This document shows, piece after piece, positions 47,097 through 56,728 of a DNA stretch of 64,000 nt. The stretch covers positions 1-64,000 of the forward strand of contig MTLY02000001.1 of assembly GCA_002011035.2 (NCBI GenBank), in the 5' to 3' direction. The stretch's first letter is position 1; every line of letters begins with the position of its first letter. This stretch comes from Candidatus Hecatella orcuttiae. Lineage in GTDB: Archaea > Thermoproteota > Bathyarchaeia > Hecatellales > Hecatellaceae. A program made the translations under genes and the position numbers. The notes below the pieces were generated by a model. That model ran no database searches, was not told the DNA's origin, and saw only the letters and a program-made list of their open reading frames with translations.

Positions 47097-48143
47097 ATGG
47101 ACTATGTAACCCTAGCCCATGGAGCCGGTGGAACCGTCATGCAAAGTTTGATCAAAAAGTACTTTTTAGACTTTTTAGGAGGTAGCAAAGCCGAAGTTCC
47201 TCTGGAGGCCTTGGATGACGCAGCTGTGGTGGATGATGTCGTTCTTAAGTCCGACTCTCATACGGTTAAGCCTCTCTTTTTCCCAGGGGGGGATATCGGA
47301 CGGTTGGCTGTGGCGGGGACGGTTAACGATATAGCGGTTATGGGCGCGGAGCCCAAGGCCTTAGCCGCTGGCTTCATCATAGAGGAAGGGTTTCCCATAG
47401 CGAATTTAGATAAGGTTTTAAGGGGAATGAGAGACGCTTGCCGGGAAGCTGGAGTCTACGTGGTAACCGGTGACACCAAAGTTGTTGAAAAAGACGCTTT
47501 AGACCAGCTTGTGATAAACACCTCGGGAATAGGCAAAAGAAGTGAAGCTTTGGATGAAAACTTAGCTGTTGTAAAGAAATATCGGCCTATAGATTCCCGT
47601 TGGCTTTTAGATTCAAATCTCCGAAAAGGAGATAAGATAATAGTCTCAGGGACCGTAGGCGACCATGGACTAGCCCTGCTAGCTTTCAGGGAAGGCTACA
47701 ACTTCGGAGGAAACATCGTCTCCGATGTAGCTCCACTGAACAAACTAGTTCAGAAACTCCTAAAAGTGGGGGGTATAGTGAGTATGAAAGACCCGACTAG
47801 AGGCGGCTTGGCCAACACCCTCAACGAATGGAGCGAAAAATCGATGGTCGGAATCACCGTTAAAGAAAGTCGAATACCCATCTCCGAGGGTGTGAAAGCT
47901 GCCTGCGAAATGCTGGGCATAGACCCTCTGGAAGTGGGAAACGAAGGTAAATTGGTCATCGCAGTGGTTCCTCAGAAAGCCGAGGAAGTTCTCGCTGCTT
48001 TGAGGGATACAAAAGAAGGAAGGGAAGCCCAAATTGTCGGAGAGGCCACCGACAAATTCGGTGAAGTGGTTCTAGAGACAAGCGTAGGTGGACGAAGACT
48101 GCTCCCTCCGCCCGCAGGAGATCCCATCCCTAGGATCTGCTAG
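47097..48143 (+). CDS. hypE: Hydrogenase maturation protein HypE
   Basis: LAHGAGG, PLFFPGGDIG, GTVND, GDTKVV, DPTRGG, C-terminal PRIC. Confidence 0.97.
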   Translation: MDYVTLAHGAGGTVMQSLIKKYFLDFLGGSKAEVPLEALDDAAVVDDVVLKSDSHTVKPLFFPGGDIGRLAVAGTVNDIAVMGAEPKALAAGFIIEEGFPIANLDKVLRGMRDACREAGVYVVTGDTKVVEKDALDQLVINTSGIGKRSEALDENLAVVKKYRPIDSRWLLDSNLRKGDKIIVSGTVGDHGLALLAFREGYNFGGNIVSDVAPLNKLVQKLLKVGGIVSMKDPTRGGLANTLNEWSEKSMVGITVKESRIPISEGVKAACEMLGIDPLEVGNEGKLVIAVVPQKAEEVLAALRDTKEGREAQIVGEATDKFGEVVLETSVGGRRLLPPPAGDPIPRIC

Positions 48144-48162
48144 GGAGGGCGCCGCCTAACTT

Positions 48163-49245
48163 TTACCTCGGTCCTCCACCGTATTTATATTCGATCTGGC
48201 ATGCACCTTCTATCGACACCATGCAAGGCCCTAGAGGGTGCGATGGTGTACAAGCTCGAGCGAAAAGCTGGCAGTCTTGAGGGTTCACCAATCCTCTGAG
48301 AATTTCGTTGCACCGGCATCCTTTCGGCTCAGGGAAATCCATGTTTTCCAGTTCTTTAAGTTGGTCTTCAAACCTCTTTCTGGCGTCATAATTCTGAAAC
48401 TTGTTTTTCAGCTTCATTCCTGAAGCCTTGACAACGGGGAAACCTCTCCAAGCTAGATCGACAGGCTCAAAAACTTTCTCCAACACTGCTAAAGCTTTAA
48501 CATTTCCCTCCGGCTTCACCGATCTTCTATATTCATTTTCAACCTTGGCTTCGCCTTTCTTAATTTGCTGCGCTAACATGTAAATGCCCATGAGAACATC
48601 TAAGGGTTCGAATCCCGCGATTACTTGGGGTATGTGGTATTTTTCCGAGAGCATCTGGTAAGGTCTTAGGCCGATGATGGTGCTTACGTGGCCGGGTTCT
48701 AAAAGTCCCTGGATAGCTAGGTCGCCCATCTCAAGCAGAGCGTGGAGGACCGGGGGAACGTAGCGGTGGCAGTTGAGGACTGTGAAGTTTTCCGGAGGAT
48801 CCCTAAGCAGAGTGACTGCTGTACTGGGAGCGGTGGTTTCGAAGCCTACTGCCAGAAAAATCACGTTTTTCCCGGTTTTCTTGGCCAAATTGACAGCGTC
48901 TTCGATGCTGTAGACTATTCTCACATCGCAGCCTTCAGCTCTGAGGTCTAAAAGCGAGCTTGCTCTCCCTGGAACTCGGACGGCGTCCCCGAAGGTTGCC
49001 AGCACATTCCCTTTTTTAGCCATGGTTATAGCCTCCTCGTATTCTCTAGTTGTAGTCACGCATACAGGGCATCCAGGGCCTTGTCTTACTTCGATTCCAC
49101 TTTGCTTGAAGAGGCTGTCTAGACCGAAGCGAACAATGGTATCTTGATGAGTTCCGCAGACGTGCATGATTCTAATTTTAAGATCTATCCCTTTCAGTTT
49201 TTCAACGATCTTTTTAGCGACTTCGCTGTCCCTGTATCTGAACAA
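48163..49245 (-). CDS. hypD: Hydrogenase maturation protein HypD
   Basis: HVCGTH, GPGCPVC, GFETT, GPCMVS.EGAC. Confidence 0.97.
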   Translation of the reverse strand: MFRYRDSEVAKKIVEKLKGIDLKIRIMHVCGTHQDTIVRFGLDSLFKQSGIEVRQGPGCPVCVTTTREYEEAITMAKKGNVLATFGDAVRVPGRASSLLDLRAEGCDVRIVYSIEDAVNLAKKTGKNVIFLAVGFETTAPSTAVTLLRDPPENFTVLNCHRYVPPVLHALLEMGDLAIQGLLEPGHVSTIIGLRPYQMLSEKYHIPQVIAGFEPLDVLMGIYMLAQQIKKGEAKVENEYRRSVKPEGNVKALAVLEKVFEPVDLAWRGFPVVKASGMKLKNKFQNYDARKRFEDQLKELENMDFPEPKGCRCNEILRGLVNPQDCQLFARACTPSHPLGPCMVSIEGACQIEYKYGGGPR

Positions 49246-49249
49246 GCTT

Positions 49250-49621
49250 TTACACCTCCATTTTCACAGATTTTATAATGCACTCTTTCCCTTCTACTAC
49301 TTGAATGTCATTTCCGCATTTCGGACACCGGAAAACCGGCAGCCTGAAATGGTAGGCTGGATTCTCCTCGTATGAGATAGGCCCTCGGTAGCCGCAGAGT
49401 TCACATTTCACCACTCCTTCCTTTTCTTGAACGTGGAGAGTCGAGCCTTCTAAGGGCGTCCCCTTCACCAAGGCTTGATAGCAGAACTTAACCTGTTCCA
49501 CGCTTAGGAAAGTAAGTTTCCCTATGGTAAGGCGGACTGCAAGAATTTTCTTTGCCCTCCGCTTGGATGCTTCGTCGAGAATTTTCTCCACGATCTGGGC
49601 GGTAAAAGAATATTCATGCAT
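49250..49621 (-). CDS. hypA: Hydrogenase nickel chaperone HypA
   Basis: MHE start, two CxxC motifs, GKE. Confidence 0.96.
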   Translation of the reverse strand: MHEYSFTAQIVEKILDEASKRRAKKILAVRLTIGKLTFLSVEQVKFCYQALVKGTPLEGSTLHVQEKEGVVKCELCGYRGPISYEENPAYHFRLPVFRCPKCGNDIQVVEGKECIIKSVKMEV

Positions 49622-49643
49622 TTACAAGGACACCGGACTACGC

Positions 49644-50312
49644 TCAGAGTTCTAATGCTTCTAGAACGCTGTCTATTCCCTCACCACTTTTGCAGCTTAC
49701 TCTAGCTATTCGAGCTCTCGGATTAACTTTACTTATGTCCTCCTCCAGTTTATCCACATTTACATCCACGATTTCAGCTAGGTCGATCTTGTTGATGGCT
49801 ACCACATCGCTGCCGAGAAAAGACAGAGGATGTTTTACCACAATATAGGGGCCTTCGGTAACACTTACAACAGTGAGCCTCTTCTCCGACCCTAAGGGGA
49901 ACTCCACAGGGCAGATGATGTTTCCCACGTTCTCGATGAAAATGAGGCTTAGTTTTTCAAGGTCAAATTTTTTCAAGGCTTTTTGAACTAAATTCGCATC
50001 GAGATGACATTCTCTGCCTGTGTTTATCTGAACTACAGGAACTCTGTGCACTTTCAAGCGATCCGAGTCTATGGTTGTAGTTAGGTCCCCGTTGAGAACA
50101 GCGATACTGTATTTTTTCCCCAATTTTTGGATGAACCTGTCGATGAGAGAAGTTTTCCCCGAGCCCACGGAACCCATGATGTCTATAGCCTTTACACCAT
50201 GTTTTCTCAGCAGTTCCCTGTTTTCTTCCGCAAGCCGCCTGTTGGCTTGAAGAAGGTCTTCTTCAAGCTCGATGTCGTAGGTTTCGCCTTCAGCAGTTAC
50301 AACTTCTCGCAT
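49644..50312 (-). CDS. hypB: Hydrogenase nickel-incorporation GTPase HypB
   Basis: GSVGSGKT, ECHLDA, ENVGNIICP, NKID. Confidence 0.96.
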   Translation of the reverse strand: MREVVTAEGETYDIELEEDLLQANRRLAEENRELLRKHGVKAIDIMGSVGSGKTSLIDRFIQKLGKKYSIAVLNGDLTTTIDSDRLKVHRVPVVQINTGRECHLDANLVQKALKKFDLEKLSLIFIENVGNIICPVEFPLGSEKRLTVVSVTEGPYIVVKHPLSFLGSDVVAINKIDLAEIVDVNVDKLEEDISKVNPRARIARVSCKSGEGIDSVLEALEL

Positions 50313-50337
50313 CCGGCCTCCACCTCGAAAGAAAAAA

Positions 50338-50580
50338 TCAATATTTTCCTGATGGCGAAGTTTCAGCTGTGCTGAGCAGTTCCTCCCACAGCTTCAGGGT
50401 TTTTTCAGCTTCCTCCTTGTCTAGCACTTGGATGGCAAAACCGGCATGCACTATTACATATTCGCCTTCAGCCACATCAACTAGGGATATGTTTACGTCC
50501 CTTGTTACTCCGTCGCCGAAATCAACCTTGGCGATGTCGCCTTTTATCTCCTTTACTTTCGCTGGAACTGCTAGACACAA
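50338..50580 (-). CDS. hypC: Hydrogenase chaperone HypC
   Basis: MCLAVPA, YVIVHAGFAI. Confidence 0.96.
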   Translation of the reverse strand: MCLAVPAKVKEIKGDIAKVDFGDGVTRDVNISLVDVAEGEYVIVHAGFAIQVLDKEEAEKTLKLWEELLSTAETSPSGKY

Positions 50581-50642
50581 TTTCTTTTATGCCACCATTG
50601 CATACTCAATTAGTGTTATCTTATATTAACAATTCTCCTTTT

Positions 50643-52925
50643 TCAGTTCAGCCAACTGGCTACCACCGACTGTCCGAATGATATCCCCCCGTCTCCGGGG
50701 GGAATTTGAATGTGGGTGAAAAAGTTGAATCCTTCTCCCTCCACAATGTTTCTGATGACCCTGCTGATGTGCTCGTTGTAGGCTACACCTCCAGAGAAGC
50801 CAACAGCTTGAACTCCTAGCCTATCGCATTCTTTCACAGCTAATTCAGCTAGCCCCCTAGCTAGGTAGGACTCTGCAGAGTAAGCTAGGTCCGCGGGTGA
50901 ATGTTCATCTCGTCGAATGAACACTTCCTTAAGGAGATATGACGTGTCGAGAACTCCTCCGGAAATCTTAGGCGTTAAGCACAGGATGTCTCTACCTTTT
51001 ATGGCGGCAGATTCAAGCTTCACGGCAGGTTCTCCTTCATAGGTCCGTTCATAGCATAAGCCCAGCAACGCTGAGACGGCATCTAAAACTCTTCCACAGC
51101 TTGTGGTCTTGGGGGCGTGCCCGCTTTCCAACTGCCTTAAGACTACGCCTAACTCCATTTCCCCACGGGGGAAACATCTAACATTTGAATATAGCCATTC
51201 TTCGACATCCACCAACCCGTGAAGAATGCCAGCTACCATCCTCAACGGGTAACGGGTGGCAGCGTCTCCACCGACCATAGGCTGCTCTTGAAGATGGGCA
51301 AGCCGTCTGAAGCCGTCTCGGTCGCAGTATAGAATTTCTCCACCCCATGCGGATCCGTCGGAGCCGTAGCCGAAGCCGTCGCAGCAGATGCCGATCATAT
51401 GGGTGAGGTTATGCTCGGCCATGAGAGCTGCTATGTGGGCGTGGTGGTGTTGAACCTGCACCACGGGACATCCGAGCTTCTCCGCCAGCTCGTAGGCGAA
51501 TTTGGTTGTGCTAAATTTAGGGTGCAGATCGCAGGCGATTACCTCAACTTTGAGGTTTGTCAGCTTTAGCAGATGGTCTGTGGCACTTTTAAGATAGTTA
51601 AGGGTTTCAAGATTTTCCACGTCTCCAATATATTGCGAGATAAAAGCCCGCTTTCCGGAAAGCACGCAAGAAGCCACATTTTCTTCAGCCCCCAAACCTA
51701 AAGCGCAACGTTTCACTTCGGATCCCAAGTGAATCGGTGCGGGGGCGTAGCCTCTGGATCGACGGATGAGGGTGGGGGTTCCTCTATTCACGCGAAGGAC
51801 TGAGTCATCGCATCTTTGGGCTATGTCTCTATCATGCATGAGAAAGAAGTCGACAACAGGCCTCAGCCTCCTCACGGCTTCCTGATTTTCCACAATAATG
51901 GGCTCGCTGGGAGGGTTAGCGCTGGTCATCACTAGAGCTGGTTCATTTATGCTATCAAAGAGCATGTAGTGGAGGCCTGTGTAAGGCAGCATGACGCCTA
52001 CGTTGTGAAGACCCGGGGAGATCAGGTCTGAAAGATAAAAATTTTCACTCTTCTTCAGCAGAACTATGGGCTTTATGTACGATGTCAGAAGAGCAGCTTC
52101 CTCCTTTCCCACCTCCGCAAAGGATTTCACCGCCTCAAGGTCTCGGGCCATCACGGCGAAAGGCTTCTGCGCCCGGTGCTTGGCCTTCCTCAGCCTGATT
52201 ATCGGCTCAGGCTTCATCGTCGATGTAGCCACATGGAAGCCGCCGTTTCCTTTAACAGCCACTATGTAGCCTTCTTCAAGCAGCCGGCCTGCTTCTCTGA
52301 TAGGATCCTGATGGTCGAGGATCTGTCCGTCTTTTGAGGTTAAAAAAACTCTGGGGCCGCACCGAGGACAGGCCACAGTTTGGGCGTGAAACCGCCGATT
52401 TAAGGGGTCCGTGTACTCTCGACTGCAATCTTCGCACATGGGGAAGCGGTTCATCACTGTGTTGGGTCTGTCGTAGGGTAGTTTCTCTATTATAGTATAC
52501 CGAGGGCCGCAGTCGGTGCAGGTGATGAAGAAATAGCCGTATCGCCTGTCCTTTAGGTCACGAAGCTCACGAAGACAGTTGTCGCAGATGGAAATGTCCG
52601 GTGGGATTATGGACCCTGAAAGGTCGCTCTTTTCACTGCTCTTAAGGATGATGAACCTTGAAAATTCTCCCTTATCCTCTGCATAGTTCACGCTTAACTC
52701 GTAGATCCGGGCCAAAGGCGGCTTCTTCCTCTCAAGGTCATCAATGAACCTTTTGACATTTTCCTCCGACCCTTCAACAACTATCTCCACACCTGCATCT
52801 CCACGGTTTCGAACAGTACCTTTCAGCTGGTTCTCTGCCGCAATACGGTAAATGAAGGGACGGAAGCCTACGCCTTGAACAATCCCCGTGACTAAGATTT
52901 CAGCGCGCAGAGGCCCGCACACCAA
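50643..52925 (-). CDS. hypF: Carbamoyltransferase HypF
   Basis: GIVQGVGFRPF, zinc fingers, RRFHAQ, DLHP, QHHHAH, PPGDGG. Confidence 0.97.
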   Translation of the reverse strand: MVCGPLRAEILVTGIVQGVGFRPFIYRIAAENQLKGTVRNRGDAGVEIVVEGSEENVKRFIDDLERKKPPLARIYELSVNYAEDKGEFSRFIILKSSEKSDLSGSIIPPDISICDNCLRELRDLKDRRYGYFFITCTDCGPRYTIIEKLPYDRPNTVMNRFPMCEDCSREYTDPLNRRFHAQTVACPRCGPRVFLTSKDGQILDHQDPIREAGRLLEEGYIVAVKGNGGFHVATSTMKPEPIIRLRKAKHRAQKPFAVMARDLEAVKSFAEVGKEEAALLTSYIKPIVLLKKSENFYLSDLISPGLHNVGVMLPYTGLHYMLFDSINEPALVMTSANPPSEPIIVENQEAVRRLRPVVDFFLMHDRDIAQRCDDSVLRVNRGTPTLIRRSRGYAPAPIHLGSEVKRCALGLGAEENVASCVLSGKRAFISQYIGDVENLETLNYLKSATDHLLKLTNLKVEVIACDLHPKFSTTKFAYELAEKLGCPVVQVQHHHAHIAALMAEHNLTHMIGICCDGFGYGSDGSAWGGEILYCDRDGFRRLAHLQEQPMVGGDAATRYPLRMVAGILHGLVDVEEWLYSNVRCFPRGEMELGVVLRQLESGHAPKTTSCGRVLDAVSALLGLCYERTYEGEPAVKLESAAIKGRDILCLTPKISGGVLDTSYLLKEVFIRRDEHSPADLAYSAESYLARGLAELAVKECDRLGVQAVGFSGGVAYNEHISRVIRNIVEGEGFNFFTHIQIPPGDGGISFGQSVVASWLN

Positions 52926-52971
52926 GTCCGCTTGAATTGCATTTTAAGGAAAGATCGCGGTACATTTATTC

Positions 52972-55140
52972 CTATTGCGGGCTACGTGAGCTTATTTTGT
53001 AAACTTTGCAGAGAGTGCCTCTAACCCGAACAGACCCGCATATTTTTTCCCTTGGCGGAGCATCAGATGTTATGACATTGATGTTTGATTCGAAACAGCC
53101 ATGCTGTGGGGATGGCTTCTCCGGGAACCACCATCCATGTCTTGCGTGGGCGACCATGGGATGAATGCCGGCTGTAAGTTTAGCTTTAAACTTAACTCTC
53201 TCACCCTTAACCTGCGGGGTCTCAACCCAAACCCAGTCGCCGTCTTTAATGCCCATCTTAGTTGCCGTTTCCGGATGAATTTCAATCTCAGGGTCGGGTG
53301 CCAGCCTACGCAAGCTTGGAATCTGGCGGCCCTCAGAATGGAAATAGTTAATATGCCTTGAACCTGTAATCAAAATGAGGGGATATTCTTCTAAAAATTC
53401 CGGTGAGCCTACAGGGCTCTCCGGTGGTTCCACGTAAGTTAGCAGCGGGTCGTATCTGTATTTTTCCAGAATTGTTGAATAAAGCTCCACCTTTCCTGTG
53501 GGTGTTTTAAAACCCTCACTTTCATATTTTTTATATTTCAGAGGCGTCATGATGTGTCCTTTTTTCTTAAACGATTCAAACGTTATTCCTAGTCCTTTAA
53601 CTCTCCAGTCATTGAATTCCCCAACACTGTTCCAAGGAAGAAACCTTCTGTTCGCCCAAGGGATTCTTTTAACCAGTTCTATAACTATTTTCATATCATG
53701 CCAACACTCAGAAGGCGGCTCTATTACTTTCTGTCTAGCGGCAATGTAATTTACGTATGAAAGATTACAGCCGTCGTCTCTTTCAAGCCACATGGCAGCT
53801 GGGAGGACATAGTCGGCTAATTCGGCAGTAGGGGTCATGAAAAAGTCAACGACAACCAAAAGTTCAAGCTTTTTCAATGTTTCCCAGACTTTCTTACTGT
53901 TCTGAATGTTAATAACAGGATTTCCTCCCCCACAGAACAACGCCTTTACAGGATAGGGTTTACTGGTTAAAATAGCATCGATCAGAAGCAGAGAATTAAC
54001 AAAGGGAAGCAACGCTTCTTCTCCTGATGTAAGAGGATAAACGTTGCTCCCTATGCGCCTCTTCTCCAAGGATGGATCTGGCCGAAGCGCCCTTGCCTCT
54101 TTTCCCACTCCCAGTAGCAGCTCATCACCTACATATCCTTCCAAGTTTACAGAAAAAAGGTTTCCTCCTTTTACGTCAAGATTTCCCGTAAGTGCTATGA
54201 GTACAGCTAAAGCCCGATTCGTCTGAGTGGAATTGAGGTTATGCTCCACCGCTACACGGTGGTGGAGAACCGCCGGCTTTGTCGTCGCATAAATTCTGGC
54301 AGCTTCCTTTATCTTTTCAGCTGAAATCCAAGTTATGTCGGCTACTCTTTCAGGAGGATACTGCTTTAAGTGTTCTTTTAGCGCATCAAATCCGTGGCAC
54401 CATTTTTCAACAAACTCCTTATCGTATAGTTCCTCCTCTAGGATCACATATATCATCCCCAAAGCTAAGGCAACATCTGTTCCAGGTCTGACCTGTAACC
54501 ACAAGTCTGCTTGAGAAGCGAGAACTGTCTTCCGTGGATCGATGACGATGAGCTTAACATTTCTTTTCTGCTTAGCCTCAATGATCTCCATTCCTCGCGG
54601 TGGATGGGAAACCACCGGGTTTCCACCCCAAACCACAATGCAGTTTGCGTTTTCGTAATCAGGTCCCACCTCCATCATAACAGACTTGCCGAAAGTGCAG
54701 TTTTCCGCTATTAAGGAAGGAGCAAAGCATATGTGCAAATCAACACTTCCAACATTCGGACTGTTCAGCGCGTAAACAAGTAGACAGGTAGAATAAAGAG
54801 TAGGTCGAGGGCCAGTGCCGTGAATTGAAGCAATTGACTCGGAGCCGTATTTTTCTTTAATTTCCGTAAGCTTTTCAGCAATCTCATTTAAGGCTTGATC
54901 CCATGATATCCTCCGCCATTTCCCTCCACCTCGTTCTCCAACCCTCTTCAGTGGATGCTTTAAACGGTCAAGATGTTCCACAAATTCTGAATATTTTTCA
55001 CCTTTAACGCAGATAAACCCGCGGTTCAATGGAAAAGCCGGGTCGCCTTCGATCTTCACTACTCTTTCATTCTCAACGTGAACGAGAACTCCGCATTCGC
55101 AATGACAAGCTTGGCATATAGTCTTGACTGTTCTTTTCAA
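52972..55140 (-). CDS. Stand-alone Mo/W-bis-PGD oxidoreductase, acetylene-hydratase-like clade of the DMSO reductase family
   Basis: CQACHCEC...ICVKG [4Fe-4S], RISWDQAL, probable metal-ligand Cys in LHICFAP, ADYVLPAA, FHS, HGWWFPE. Confidence 0.88.
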   Translation of the reverse strand: MKRTVKTICQACHCECGVLVHVENERVVKIEGDPAFPLNRGFICVKGEKYSEFVEHLDRLKHPLKRVGERGGGKWRRISWDQALNEIAEKLTEIKEKYGSESIASIHGTGPRPTLYSTCLLVYALNSPNVGSVDLHICFAPSLIAENCTFGKSVMMEVGPDYENANCIVVWGGNPVVSHPPRGMEIIEAKQKRNVKLIVIDPRKTVLASQADLWLQVRPGTDVALALGMIYVILEEELYDKEFVEKWCHGFDALKEHLKQYPPERVADITWISAEKIKEAARIYATTKPAVLHHRVAVEHNLNSTQTNRALAVLIALTGNLDVKGGNLFSVNLEGYVGDELLLGVGKEARALRPDPSLEKRRIGSNVYPLTSGEEALLPFVNSLLLIDAILTSKPYPVKALFCGGGNPVINIQNSKKVWETLKKLELLVVVDFFMTPTAELADYVLPAAMWLERDDGCNLSYVNYIAARQKVIEPPSECWHDMKIVIELVKRIPWANRRFLPWNSVGEFNDWRVKGLGITFESFKKKGHIMTPLKYKKYESEGFKTPTGKVELYSTILEKYRYDPLLTYVEPPESPVGSPEFLEEYPLILITGSRHINYFHSEGRQIPSLRRLAPDPEIEIHPETATKMGIKDGDWVWVETPQVKGERVKFKAKLTAGIHPMVAHARHGWWFPEKPSPQHGCFESNINVITSDAPPREKICGSVRVRGTLCKVYKISSRSPQ

Positions 55141-55200
55141 ACTTACCCCTGCCTAGAAATTGAATATCTCCCCGACAAACTATTTATCGTTTCAGGAGCA

Positions 55201-55278
55201 TGGCGGGCCCGGGGGGATTTGAACCCCCGACCTACAACTTAGGAGGCTGCCGCGCTGTCCTGACTGCGCCACGGGCCC
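55201..55278 (-). tRNA. tRNA-Arg(CCU), CCA encoded
   Basis: Cloverleaf: GGGCCCG/CGGGCCC acceptor stem, GCAGC-CTCCTAA-GTTGT anticodon arm, GGGGG-TTCAAAT-CCCCC T arm. Confidence 0.95.
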
Positions 55279-55371
55279 AACTTTAGGTGAAAATAAAAGA
55301 TTTTAAACCTTTTCACGGAAGGGCGGTTAAACTAATTAAGACTGGGAGTCTCCCCTTATAGGGGAAGCTAT

Positions 55372-55508
55372 GCGGGGGTTCCCGAGCCGGGTCAAAGGGG
55401 CAGGGCCGCTCACCGCGGGGCCTAACTTAAGATCCCTCACCTCGGGTTAGCCTATGAGAAATCCTGTGGCGAAGGCTTTCGTGGGTTCAAATCCCACCCC
55501 CCGCACCA
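55372..55508 (+). tRNA. tRNA-Leu(UAA) with two introns (30/31: 55405-55424; 37/38: 55432-55460)
   Basis: GCGGGGG/CCCCCGC-ACCA, long variable arm. Removing both introns gives CAGGA-CTTAAGA-TCCTG. BHB-like motifs are present at both junctions. Confidence 0.88.
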
Positions 55509-55600
55509 GATAAGTTCGATTCCCAAGCCCGTTTTATTGGGCGGACAAGCTAGGTAGAGATACCAGCAAAATCGGATTTTAGAGAAGAGGCGAAAGGGAA

Positions 55601-55732
55601 TTGGGAAGGAGGAGAAAAACTCAGCTTCCCAAGGAATGTCGTCCTGACCAGCCTGTACATCCATGCGGCTCCACCGAGTTTTGTCCAGAAGACCCTGAAA
55701 AATGCATTTTCTTCAGAGGAGGGCTGAGATAA
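55601..55732 (+). CDS. Possible 43-aa Cys-rich microprotein
   Basis: TTG start after a purine-rich GAGG; MGRRRKTQLPKECRPDQPVHPCGSTEFCPEDPEKCIFFRGGLR (4 Cys). Below the ORF-track cutoff. Confidence 0.3.
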   Translation: MGRRRKTQLPKECRPDQPVHPCGSTEFCPEDPEKCIFFRGGLR

Positions 55733-55819
55733 CCCTTTTCCAAAACAGCTTGAAAAGTGGCTTCGGAAACCTGGGTTCACGGAGTCTCTTTGCGGATCTT
55801 TCTCAGGTTTGCATGTAAT

Positions 55820-56380
55820 TTATTTTTTTATTATTCTTCTTAGTTTCTTAAAAAACCTAGGCAACGAGCGGTGTTTTCTCGCCTTCTTTAATTCAAGTAT
55901 ATCCCCACGCCAAACGCTGTCTTCTTCAAGCTTGTGGAAGACCAAATACTTCACCGCTCCGTCTCCAGTGTCATATACTTCAATTCCCTCGGCATCATAA
56001 CCGACAACTACAAGGGCGTGCGCTTCAACTCGCTCAGGGTCGTAGAGGGTGATGATTGGAGGGATGTCTCTGTCTACGAGTCCTTTGACTTTCTTCTTCC
56101 AAATCTGAAAATTGCCATAACTTTCATCCCAGCGTTTAATGTCAATTCCATCTTTTTTGAAGACTTCTCTCAGACAAGCAACTACTTCCCGAAAGTCGGA
56201 TCCTTGAAACATCCCTCTCCGTCCCTCCGCTAACCGCCGTACTATGCCATCTTGGTCCCAGTTTTTTGAGAGGTTGGTGAAGCGGAGAACGACCTCCATG
56301 GACGCGGGGATACATTGATTTTGCCCTGTTTGGACTACTTTGCAAGTGGAGATTGTTTGAAAATCTTTTATCCTTCTCAA
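55820..56380 (-). CDS. C39-like (papain-fold) cysteine peptidase, stand-alone
   Basis: Q.....C.PAS (oxyanion Gln + Cys), HALVVVGYD, VYD. Confidence 0.8.
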   Translation of the reverse strand: MRRIKDFQTISTCKVVQTGQNQCIPASMEVVLRFTNLSKNWDQDGIVRRLAEGRRGMFQGSDFREVVACLREVFKKDGIDIKRWDESYGNFQIWKKKVKGLVDRDIPPIITLYDPERVEAHALVVVGYDAEGIEVYDTGDGAVKYLVFHKLEEDSVWRGDILELKKARKHRSLPRFFKKLRRIIKK

Positions 56381-56728
56381 AGATGCAGCCTTCTCGTTTC
56401 AAGTATTTTTCATGACAAGCGTGGCTATATGCCTTGTTCTATCCGACTGTAGATGATAGTGGTTTGCACCTTAACATAGTTTCTTTAGACTGCTTTACAT
56501 ACCGCGGCAATGGACATGCAACCGCAGTCGACTTTAAGGCAGAAATGCCCCCGCCCAATACCTGCAAGGTATGTCATGCGAAAATGTAGATCAAGCGGCT
56601 TTAAACCGGTCTAATCTAATTTAGGACGGCCCCTTTTGGAGGGTGATTGTTTGGCAGTTGAATATTGTTATTTTAGGGAGAGATTTTCGACATGTTTAAA
56701 TGTGTATGTTTAACCGAGTATTCCAGAA

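Noticed and set aside
56400-56700. Short 30-34 codon ORFs between the peptidase and VWA genes
   Set aside because: No clear SD or motif, and competing frames on both strands.
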